Shown here: positions 38,401 through 50,013 of the stretch, one piece after another | Numbering within the stretch: position 1 is the first letter of the stretch | Layout: each line of letters opens with the position of its first letter | Source of the DNA: Callorhinchus milii | Lineage: Eukaryota | NCBI RefSeq assembly: GCF_018977255.1 | Contig: NW_024704742.1 | Coordinates: forward strand, 77,254,001-77,318,000 | Length of the DNA: 64,000 bases | Direction: 5' to 3' | Made by a program: the position numbers and the translations under genes | The notes under the pieces: model-generated | The model's input: the letters and a program-made list of their open reading frames with translations, nothing else | Told to the model about the DNA's origin: nothing | Database searches by the model: none

Positions 38401-39150
38401 TCAATAATTAGCATATGACGATATTTGTTAATGTAAAGCTATGAACATATAATGTCAAATCTCATATAGAAGAATGGATCAAAAATAATAAATTCAGTAA
38501 GTAACCTTTCATTTGGGCCAAACAGTGGATTTAATATCAATTGTGAATCATATTGTAGAATATCAGACATATAATAATTAATAATCCTCATACCAGGAGG
38601 GATCTCAAAATGCTTCACAGGCGTTACGGTGAAGTGTAGTCACTGTGTATTTAGTAGGTGAATGCTGTAACTAATTTGTTCACAACAGTGCCTCACAAAA
38701 AGACATCAAGTGAATAATTGATCTTATCTTGAAAATTTTTGCAAAGGACACTGGGCGGAGTTCCTTTATAAACTGAGATTTAGCTCGAGGTGAGGACCAG
38801 GATCTTGAACTGTATCCTCTGTGATGGCTTAGTTTAGATTATCAACATCATTGAATTCCTTACATCATGGAAATGCATTCCTGACTGAAGTGCATTTGTC
38901 CCATGTTAATTTGCAACTATAGCCATGGATTTATTTCACATTTCAGTGCATGTTACATTAGATGTATAGATGTTATTGCATTATAAATCCTTCTGGTCAA
39001 AGCAGTTGGCTGGCCAGGCAGAGACAATGGGAGGTGCTGAGTTTGACTGCGTTGGTGTATCTGTTGCACTGTTATACAGACAGCCTAATGTGAACAAAAA
39101 CCTCCCATGGAGTAGAAGGGCAAATCTTGTTTTCACTTGTTCTTGTTTTC

Positions 39151-39666
39151 CAGATTTGTCACTTTAGTGATATGACAATGATTTTATGTACCGAAGGTTG
39201 GTTGAATGAATGAAGGAAGAATACATAACATATGTATTTCTCATATAGAACATTAAAGGAGTCGTGATATTTTCTTATCTGAGATTAACTTCTAATATCC
39301 TTTTAATTGAAATATGTACATTATGTACATTTGAATTAAGCTCTATGCATTTATTTACTGTAACATTTACCTCAAACTCTGTGGCATGCAAAAATTGCTA
39401 AGATTGATGTACTGCAATATTATTAATTGGGTTAATATTAATTGCATTATGCATGTTAGAGGCATAGTACACGGTACAACATCCTGTAGGTGGTACATGC
39501 GTGTTTCAAGGTTGTCCTTTTGTGCAATCGTAAAGCAACTTATTTGTTACCGAATTTACATTACAATTCAATAGGGTGGGAAGTGCTAAATTCAAATTGT
39601 AAATAGTTATGCACTACCTTTACTAACAGATTTGTCACTGTAGTGATATGACAATGATTTTATGTA
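39151..39666 (+). repeat. 40-bp direct repeat (39151-39190 and 39627-39666), one mismatch
   Basis: cagatttgtcact(t/g)tagtgatatgacaatgattttatgta present twice. Confidence 0.92.
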
Positions 39667-42600
39667 TTGAGCTCCTTGAATGGAAAACAAATTGTTTGTT
39701 GCTCAACATATTCTAAGTGAAAATCTTTGTAACACCAATTTTTTGAGGCACTGAAATAAAGATGTGCATAAAAATTATGGATAACAATCAGATAGTATTG
39801 CTCTAAATCAAACTTCAACCTGTGTTCTCTATCTTATTTAGATTTGTGAGCCAGACACTTTCTCAGTGTCATTCATGAACCAGCTCTGGTCTGTCAGATT
39901 CTGACATTTAATCTGGCAGAAAACATGTGGGTGTGTTACTTAAAGGCAGTGAATCTGCAGAGCAAAGATTTGTGTTCCGCAGTTCCCTTGAAAGAGTTAT
40001 TTTTGGCTAAAGCAATGGTTTCAGTTTACCGTACTCGCAGAAGAACCTACAAAAATAATTCCTCTTGCATGCAAATTGATATACATTGCTTAATTATCTA
40101 AGGTAACCATGGAACAACTGCCAAGAATTCATTCCAGGATTTTAATTGGACTCTTGTTGCCTGGAGAGTGCTTTCGGGGTATGAGTTCCAAAGAAAGGCG
40201 CCCTACGTTTGTCAAGGGGGTGGGGTGGGGGGGGGGAGGGGGTGGTGGGGGAGCTAGCAATGATATGCAGGCCAGGCTATAAAGTGAGAATGGTCCTGAA
40301 GCAATAGGACATGGGTTCACACTTGCAATTCTCTGCACAGTTATTTTCTCAATCGCAGGTTTGTCATTGTGTGGAGGTGATGAGGGAAGATCAGGTAGGT
40401 ACCTCTCCACAGGGAGAGAGGGTCAACTCAAATTGCACTCATGCACCTATTATTGGCCTGCTCAGTCATTAGCAGATGTTTGGGACTCAGTCTCCAGCCC
40501 AACTGTTGGTCAGGCAAGATACATGGCATAGAGAATGATGCACAACATTATGTAAAAAAAATCAGAAAAAATGTCCCTCTGGGTTGGTATATTTTGTCTG
40601 TTTGAATTCTCCTCTCTTTGCACAGACATAGAATACTGTCAGTGTGCGTGTGTATGTGTGTGTGGGGTTGGGGGGGTCAATATTGAGCCAGGCAGCCACT
40701 TCCCATCCCTGGCAACCTCTTTATCCCACTCAAGTAATTCTGTATATGTGTTTGTTTTTGATATACTAACTCATAAGCTTTCTGAGGAATTAATTAGCGG
40801 TTATTCGAGCTGACCCAATAAGATTCTCATCTCCAAACTGAGCCTCTCTTCCCATTTGTGTAATGTTTTGATGGTCGTATTATTGTATTTGGAAAATAAA
40901 GAAATATCAACAAAAATAATTATGGACCATTACTGCAGTAGCTATTAGTAAATCAGAGAAAGGGGATCACATTTGCCTGCCCTGTGTACCATTGAAGTTT
41001 AGTTGAAAGGTTTGTTGCAGACAGCTGAATATAAATAAGATAATTTAAAAATAAGGAGGCAGGAATGAAGACTCTGGCTTGCTGAAAATCCTTGGTTCAA
41101 AGTTTGTATTAATTGTAATATTAGAGATACCTCAGCGTTTAGATAAATTAGAACAAAACAGACAGATCACGAAATATAGAGGATGCATTTTCCTCAGACA
41201 ATGAATATATATATGAAGGAAACTTTTGGAGCTCAGGACCAGTAAATACTGGCTGAATTAGGCCTGTTGTAAACCACTGTAGGGGCTGTTAAGTGCATAT
41301 GTTTGTAACTTTACAGTTGCACTATATACAGTGTAGCATATGTTAATTTCTTTGTATCTCATTTCTGGAAAAAATAAATAAAAAGGAAACTTTAGAATAT
41401 AAGGTTGTACCAAAGTGATTGTTGCTAAGAATGAGTCATTAGGATGAAAAAATGATCGCAGATGTGTTTCAGAATGTAGCCTGTGGACTTGAGAGACTGC
41501 CAACTGAAATCTGGAGCCTCTTGCTTAATTACCTGTGTACATTTTCAAGGACTGCGAGCAATTTTCACTGGAAGGAAAAAGACTAGGATGGTCTGGTAGT
41601 GGCTTTCTCTTTACTGACTACTGTCAGGGTCTTGAAACAAACAATTTCTATTGTTTGGATCGGATAAACTCTGCCAACATGGTCATGCAATTACATAGGC
41701 TCTACAGCACTGGAACCAGCATGTCAGTCAAATAGACCAAGCTGGTGTTTACACTCCATATGAGCTAATCAGAAGTCCTTAGTCTGAGTTTTTTTTATTG
41801 TTAATTATGTTCTTCTTCTTTAAAAGACAACATCGCTAGAGAGTGTGAGGCTATTACAGGAGATGTCTTTCATTGTGTTCATAAAAGTTTTTGACACTTA
41901 ATTGATATGTGTAAACGTTCATATCTTATAAAGACCTAAGAGTAAAGACTTATGATTCACTTTGTTTACGAGTCACTTATGAGGTGCTTTGAGACATCCT
42001 CCTAATATTGTATTTAGCATAACAAAGGCAAGCTTTCACAGACAGTTCTTATATTGTTGGATTTACTGTCTACTGTAGCTTTTTTACTGTCAGCACTGAA
42101 TGGACTTTACAGGTTGGCCAGTAGCACTAAATAAACAGTGCCAGCAGGTGTTGTAATTGTGTCCTGTTGAGGAGTTTTCCTGCTAAGGGAGCTACTTTCA
42201 TAGATCTAGGAAGGTCAACAAAGGGTAGGTCAGCAGAAATAGTAACTGTGATTTTCCCCTTTCTGGAATGTTGATCCAGTGGTGCAGAGAAGGCCAGTCG
42301 AATCATTAATTATTCCGAGCATGGTTAACCTCGCTGGCCGGGCCAGGGCTGTAGGAAACTGTGTCTTTTTTGATTTATTGGGAAAGTTTGCATAGTCTGA
42401 ACAAAACAAATTTCATCTAATTAATATGAAGTACAGTAATTGCATGCTTTTCCTTGTTATTGGGAGCTAATATGTGCTGATTTATATCAGATTCTATAAT
42501 AAGGAAACCTGAAAGTGCAGTACATCATGCCAAACAATGGAACCTGCACTCTACCGAAAGCAACTTTGGGGGCAGACTTCCCACAGGTTGGTGTGATGGA

Positions 42601-43576
42601 CATAATGTATTTCCAATTACGTTAATTCATATTAGGCTTTCACGAAGGTTCATATCTTGGAAAGCTTTACAGGGATGGGCAGGGTGCAGAGCAGGGGGCG
42701 CGGGTGGAGAAGAGATGGTTCTCGGTATGTTTGGGGAGGTAAGATTTGAGGCAGGACTGAAAGACAGAAAGAGACGTAGTAGTAGATGGAGTTCCAGAAA
42801 GTAAAGAGATTCTCAGAGGAAGTTTTGGAGGTAACAGAGCATCCAATTCCGATTCCGTATTAAGGAAACTCACTAGAAATTGTTGCACATTAGGTGCCAA
42901 TGTCCCAGTTTCACAAATATCCGAATCACAATTTTTAAGTTGTGGGAGCAGTCTGCTTTTCCACCAATCTAATTTCATGTAGCATAATTGTGTCTAAATT
43001 GCCTAACTTGCATCATGCTATTCCCGTTACCACAATAAATACTGTGTACTGTAGCATACTGCTAGAATCTAGAATTTTTCAAGTAATTGCTTGCAGCATT
43101 ACCTTTCCTCCTTCTTTCCACTGCTAAACTCTTTCCTGACCAAAATGTCAGAGATGCAAATCTACTTGTGGTAAACTGCTGCTAAAAGTCTGGCAGAAGA
43201 ACTGTTTATTTTGTCTTCATGGGTTGTGTGCCAGGTGTAATAAATTTAATTACTAGTAAGAATTTCCTTAAGAGTACAATCCAAAAATATCAATTGTCAA
43301 TAATTTGGCTCTTTGTGAGCATTATGTACACCAGATGTGTGTCACTGTCCTTTATGTGCACTTTGCTGCCTCACTGAAGAACTCCTGAATGATGGTTTGT
43401 AGCCTTGCTATCAGCATGTGGCACTTGCAGAAGAGGTTACTGTCACAGCAAAATAAACATAGTAGGTGTAGTCTGAAGATGAAATAGAGTTACACTAACA
43501 ATAATAATAATCCTTGTATTTCATACAGCACCTTTCACATCAGAAGATCTCAAATAATAAATAATAATAAAATATA

Positions 43577-43940
43577 ATAGTAATCCTTACATTTGATATA
43601 CTGCCTTATCACATCGTTGAGACGTCTTAAAGCACTTCACGGAATATATTGTAAAGTGAATTGACTGTAAATTTTGTGGGCAAAATGCGGCAGCCAATTG
43701 CACACGTCATTGCCCCACAAACAGTTGTGGATTGAGTGACCACGTTTTAATTTGAGGGATTATTACCTGCGGAAAGCAATCTGCCAATCAACTCACAACC
43801 TGATTCCTACTTTACTGCTGGGTAAACCGAGGTATGTGGAATAAGGAAACTTGTCTAAGGATTTGTCTTGCCCGGGAATCAAACACAGGTCCTCTTGCTT
43901 GCAAGACAAGTGGTCTAACCACGACCTACAGGACTCCACT
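43577..43940 (-). mobile_element. Older, longer subfamily of the tRNA-Ala SINE
   Basis: Same head (ctacaggactccact), same Deu-like body, an extra ~70-bp internal segment and a different tail stem (gagacgtc...tgtgataaggc). Confidence 0.85.
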
Positions 43941-44154
43941 TCATAGGTGTAATATTTGTGTATTTTGTAGCCAAACGCAGCCTAAAATTTGTGTGCAGTA
44001 ATGTCTTGTACACACGCGTGAAGTGAATAAGCTGAGGAACTTGAGCAATGGTATGATGTGGAACATGGTAAGGTGGAGCACATACAGAGAGGGATATTTT
44101 GTCTCTCTACCTACTTGAAATCAAAATATAAAGGGTTACTGATTAAGCCAATCT

Positions 44155-46100
44155 TACCGCTCTGCCCCAGCCTCTGCTAAATCATAGTTCTACTCCAAGA
44201 CAATCTTGGAGGCCAAGGGCAACCCCAGGCTCCTCTTCTCCATCACCAACCAGCTCCTCCGCCCACACTCTCACGGCTCACCTCAAATGCCAACTGTGAG
44301 GTGATGCTGGACTTCCTTGAATCTTAAGTCGAGGGGATCTGCTCAGCTGCCTCCGTCCTCCGACCACTATCTTCTCCCCATCTCTCCCTCGCACCCCGGC
44401 CCCTACCCATCCCTCCCTCCACACCTTTGAATCTGTCTACCACTCCTCTCTCACCAACACTATAATCCGCATGAAACCGACCACCTGCTCCCTCGACCCC
44501 ATCCCTACCCCTCTCCTTACCTCCCAGTCTCACCTCCTTACCCCTCTATTCACAGACATCATTGACCTCTCCCTGTCCACTGGTACCATTCCCACCCCTT
44601 TACAAATGACTGTCATCACTTCTATCCTTAAAAAAACATCCCTGGACCCATTCCTGCTCTCAAACTACGACCCCATCTCCAACCTTCCTTTCCTCTCCAA
44701 GGTCCTGGAATGAGTCACTGCTTCCCACTTTTGCTCCTTCCTCTCCTGCCACTGCCTTCACGAACCCCTCCAATTGGGTTTCCGTGCCACCCACAGCACA
44801 GAAACAGCCCTGGTCAAAGTGACAAATGGCATTCTGTCCATCTGCAACCAGGGATCCCCCTGCCTCCTTATCCTCCTTGACGTCTCTGCTGCCTTCAACA
44901 CTATTGACAGCTCTATCCTCATCTACTGCTTCTCCTCTCACTTTAACCTTCACGATTCTGCCTTGAATGGTTCAGATCGTACCTCTCACACTGCCTCCAC
45001 TTCATCTCAACAAACGATTTCTCCTCTAGTCCCCGCACCATCTCTTGCAGCGTTATTCAGGCTCTGTCCTTGGTCCCCTCCTCTTCAATATCTATATGCT
45101 CCCTCTTGGTGACATCATCCGCAGACAAGATGTCAGCTTCCACATGTATGCGGATGACACCCGACTGTACCTCTCGGCCTCCACTATTGACTCCAGGACC
45201 ACTGCTGCCCTGACAGAATGTCTGTCAGACATCAAGTCCTGGATGAGAGCTAACTTGCTACAGTTGAACGTCAAGAAAACTGAGGGCTCCCCTGAACGCA
45301 CCTCCATACATCAGGCACTGAAGGCATTACCATCCATGGATGCACACACTACCTTACTAAGCCAGTCTGGAAGCTTGGCATCTTGCTCAACTATCCCTCC
45401 TATCCCACATTTGTGCCATGATCCGCTCTGCCTTCCCCCACCTCCGCAGCATCGCCCGGCTCTGACTGTCTCACACCACAGGCCGCCCAAATCCTCATAC
45501 ATGCTTTCATTACATCGAGGCTTGATTATCCAAACTCACTGCATGTCGGCCTCCCCAACTCCTACCTCCATAGGCTGCAGATCATCCAGAACTCTACAGC
45601 ACGTGTCCTGTCCCATGCCAGGCTCCGTGACCCGATCACCACCATCCTTGCCTGACTCCACTGGCTTCCCATCACACAGAGGATACAGTTGAAGATCCTG
45701 GTCCTCACCTTCAAAGAACTCCATGGCCTCGCTTTGCACTACCTCTGAGACCTCCTAACCCCCTACCATCCTGCCCGCTCCTTTCGCTCAGCGGGCTCCG
45801 GCCTTCTTCATGCCCTCTGACTCACCCACCCCACTGTTGGCGGGCAGACCTTCTTCCACTCTGCCCCACCCTCTGGAACTCCATCCCGCAGTCCCTCCGC
45901 CATGCCCTCTCCCTTGACTTCTTCAAGACCCATCTCAAGACCCTCCTTTTCGACCATGCTTTCGACATCCTGCTTCCCCACCTGCCCTTCACCCTTCCCA
46001 ATCCCGACCCCCAGCTCGGGTCCGATACACTGACTGTCCAGTGCCTTGGGACATCCTCCCGATGTGAAAGACACTATAAAAATGTAATGTTGTTGTTATT
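44155..46100 (+). mobile_element. 5'-truncated, decayed L2-clade LINE (ORF2 reverse transcriptase and 3' tail)
   Basis: Frameshifted or stopped RT motifs: KPTTCSLDPIPT, NYDPISNLPFLSKVLE, GFRATHSTETALVKV, LLDVSAAFNTID, GSVLGPLLFNIY, HMYADDTRLY. 3' end is tgccttgggacatcctcccgatgtgaaagacactataaaaatg followed by (TGT)n. Confidence 0.93.
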
Positions 46101-46206
46101 TTAAAGCAAATTCAATTTGGCTTTGAAATTCCATTCAATTGTTATCACGAGATGCATTTAATATTTTGAGCTATAGAGCACCAGTATTTTTAATTTAGTA
46201 GAACAC

Positions 46207-46560
46207 GTCCTTGGGTTGGCTCAGATGGTAGCACTCTCACCCCTGAGTCAAAAGTTTGTGGGTTCAAATTCCATTGGGTCTTGATTTCACAGTCCAAGCT
46301 GACAATTCAGAGCATAACTGGGGGAGTGCTGCATTGCTGGAGGCACTGCACAAGGGACGAGGCTTTACATTGTCTACCTGCTCTTCAGGTGGATGTTAAA
46401 CATCTACTTAAAAAGAGAAGGGAGTTTCTCCTGGTGTCCTGTGTAACAACCCCCAGATAATGCATCATTCATCTCATAGTTTTTGTGGGCCATCATTGCA
46501 TGGACAATGTTTGCTGCACTTGCCTGCCTCCGAAAGTCAGTTGACAATAATTTCAGACGT
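46207..46560 (+). mobile_element. DeuSINE-type element
   Basis: ttggctcagatggtagcactctcacccctgagtcaaaagtttgtgggttcaaat head; caggtggatgttaaa...gggagtttctcctggtgtcctg Deu domain. Confidence 0.75.
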
Positions 46561-48204
46561 TTCAGCACTAAAATAATACAAGTCCTGATTGTTGCTAAAC
46601 ATGTTTGCTTCTAATTTGATGCCATCAAACTTTCAGAGCTCGTTAACAATAATTTTCAACATTTTGCAGTAGGTTAATCTTTGTGCAATGTAAAAACAAA
46701 CTTCCATGAGAGGCAGCCCAATCCACTGAATAACATCCGTGGAATGGGATACCCTGCAGATCTACCTTGGGAACCAGCAAGGAATCTGTTATAGCAGCAA
46801 TGAGTGCCCAGAATATCTATGGAATTTCTGCAGAAAACTCCACTTCAAAAGTGGATCATGTTGGAGCAGGGTGCTATGTCAATGTGACTTATTCCCATTT
46901 TCTGGAAAGAGTTTACTTTTATGCATCTCGGTATCTTTGTTAAGGAATCCCATTATTTGTTGCATTTGCCTACAAAATATACCGTCCTTTTTATACTCTT
47001 TCCGGTAAATCCCATGAAACACTTTAAGACATCCTCCTGATGTGAAAGGCACCATTTCAACTTCAAGGTCATTATTTATTATTATCGCAAATAAACCAGT
47101 AGTTCGTCTCCTGTGGTCACTTTTCAAAGCATCCTTTATGGACCAGGAAACAACAGTGGAGATTCACCATGGATGCTCTGAACTCTCATTACATCAAAAA
47201 TACTTATAATCCAATACATTTCCTAATAGATGACCTCGGTGACATATCATTTTCTTCTTGGAGATGCAGATACCAACCAAAGCTGGATTCCTCTAAATCA
47301 CCTTCAACCCAAACCCAACCTGATGGAAAACACTTCCTTTGATGCAAATCACACCCACGTGTATGTACGGGGGTACAATGTCTGTACCTATTTCAAAACA
47401 GAAGTGGTTGGAAACTGCTTTTCGCACATGTACACCTCGAATCAATGCTCGGATGGAGCTATCCCAGCGGTGACTGCAAGGCAGAGAGGACTGCCTCCTC
47501 TGTTGGCTTTAGTAAGTGTGCTTTTTGCTAAAAATCGAGATGATATGATGCAGCAGCGTTGAAACAAACGCCTTCTATTAAACCAGGCAGAGCAAAGGGG
47601 GGGGGGGGAGAGGGGAGTGAGTGTGTGTTCATCTTTTAGTAGTAACAGTAATATTTTGGGTTTGATATTGCAGTAACTGGATCGTTATCTGTGCTGTTAT
47701 TTTTTTTTCGCTGTGTGCAGCCCAACTTTAAATAGCCCTCGAGTTCTCTCTCTCTCTCTCTCCATCCCTCCATCCATCCATCCCTCCCTCCCTCTCTCTG
47801 CTGCATTCAAGCCGGTGGGCAGAGGCAGCGCCCCGGCTGCAGTCTGCACACCGGGGTGACCGCGTTCTTCATTGGTGCGGAGGCGGAGGTGGGTATGTTA
47901 ATGGGGGGGGGTGGGGGGGAGGGGGGGGCTGCTGCTGCTGCTGCTGCTGTGGGAATGTGAAACAGCGAGAGAAAACGCCAGGGATCTCGGCCAACAGCGC
48001 AGCAACCTCTCCCCGAGCCACTCACTGACTCACTCACCCCCTCCCTCCCTCCCTCCCCTCCCCTCCTGCCTCAGCCACACAGCGGCCTGGCAACAAGGGG
48101 CTGACTGACCCGGGGAGGGGGGAGGGGGGGAGGGGGGGGCGTTATTGACAGGGAGAGAGAAAGTGCACATACAGATAGTGACACACAAAAAAGTCGGGCA
48201 CTTA

Positions 48205-49100
48205 CAGTATATTATATATATATATGCACACTATGTATGTATATATATAGAGAGGGGGGATACATACAGTATATAATATATATACGGTGTATATACAGTT
48301 AGATATGGGGAACACACATAGTATATAATATATATAGAGAGAGAAACCGTATATAATATTAAATGTATATATCTCAGAGGGAGAGAAAGGCACACCCAGT
48401 ATATTAGATAGTTGGATAGATAGACAGACAGACAGACAGACAGATAGACAGACAGATATAGATAGAGAGAGAGAGAAACACACACAGTACTGTACATATA
48501 GTGTATGATAGAGAGAGAGAGAAAGGGGCACAGCACAGGAGAACTGAAAGTTAGTGACAGATAGGGAGGGACAGAGAGACAGACAGACATAGAGAGAGAC
48601 AGACATAGAGGCAGACAGACAGACAGACAGAGAAACAGAGAGACAGACAGACAGAGGGACAGACAGAGGGAGAGGCAGACAGACAGACAGTGGGACAGAC
48701 AGAGACAGACAGACAGACAGTGGGACAGACAGACAGACAGACAGTGGGACAGACAGAGGGACAGACAGACAGAGGTCAGACAGACAGACAGACAGACAGA
48801 GGGACAGACAGACAAACAGACTGAACACGGGGCATTGGCACATATAGTGGGGAGAGAGAGGAAGAATGTCAAACACAGACAGAAAGCGAGAGATCAAACA
48901 CCGACAGCGAAACAGATGAACATAACATTCACAGAACGAAAGTACCGAGAGGTTTGTGTGAGTGTGGAGGAGAGGGAGAGGGAGAGGGAGAGGGGGGGGG
49001 ACAGACAAAAGACAGAGAGAGGGGGGGGGACAACGCAGCGACAGACAGAAAGGCTACGAGAGAGAGAGAGAGAGGGAGAGGGAAAGAGAGAAAGAAAGCA
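48205..49100. repeat. (TA)-rich then (GACA)/(GA)n low-complexity block inside the promoter cluster
   Basis: Directly visible simple repeats. Confidence 0.95.
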
Positions 49101-49299
49101 GCACAGAAGCAGTGAGTGTCAGGGGAGAGGAGGGGGGGCAGTGCTCCCACTCACCGCCCAACCTCCTGGAACAGAGTCAAAATCACAGCCAAGTACAGGA
49201 TTCCAGCAGAAAGAGGAAGAGAAAAGGAGAGAGGGAGAGGGAGGGAGGGAGGGAGGAGGGGGGGAGGGGGGCAGCCCTGACAAGGGCAAACTGCCTGAC

Positions 49300-49558
49300 T
49301 TTGACTTTGCCGCTGTTTTCTTTTTTCAAAAACGAAGTCGAGGTATCGCTTCCGGTTTGCAAAGGCCACTTCGAGAGAGAGAGAGAGAGAAAAAGGGGGG
49401 GAGTGGGGGTGGGGGGGAAACAAAAAAAAAAGCCTTTTATTTTTAAGCAGTTTTGCAGAAGCTCACTTTGAACTTGAGGAGGCAATATGAAGCGTTAAAG
49501 CCGCCGTAAAGGCACACAGTGCACAATCAGTATATTTTATTTGCAACATTGTGCAATG
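49300..49558 (+). other. NFIB: Candidate alternative first exon of NFIB ending in a bare ATG (gives M-DEFHPF...)
   Basis: Unique CpG-containing block ending gtgcaATG|gtatgt (ATG at 49556-49558). Good donor, phase 0, and splicing to exon 2 creates gcaATGG (strong Kozak). The 5' boundary is a guess. Confidence 0.6.
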
Positions 49559-49975
49559 GTATGTGTTTTAAAAACTAATCTATTATTTATCTCTCTATCT
49601 ATATATATATATATATATATATACATACACACATATATATATATATTGTGTTATTTCATCAGCTTGATGCCTTGGCTGCAATGCTCCGGCCCCTCCAAAG
49701 GCTGTTTTCACTTTGCATTTATTTCAGGGCTATTTTATTTTATTTTTGGTGATAGTATTGGATTGTTTTGTGTCTGCAATCCCCAGCTCCCCCTCCCATC
49801 CCCCCCTCCCACCCCCCCCCCACCCCACCCGATGTAGGTCACGCTGCTATCAGATTTGTTTTTAATGCCAGCAATGAATCAGTAGTGTTTGGTGTTGCGT
49901 CCAAGAAAACGCTGAGTTGGCAGATCTCCCTACTTTCAGATCCCCCCCCCCCCCCCCCCCCACCACCCATTCCCT

Positions 49976-50013
<38 letters not shown>

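Noticed and set aside
44471..45692. Functional or domesticated reverse transcriptase
   Set aside because: Multiple stops, frameshifts and deletions, no endonuclease or ORF1; an ordinary dead L2 copy.
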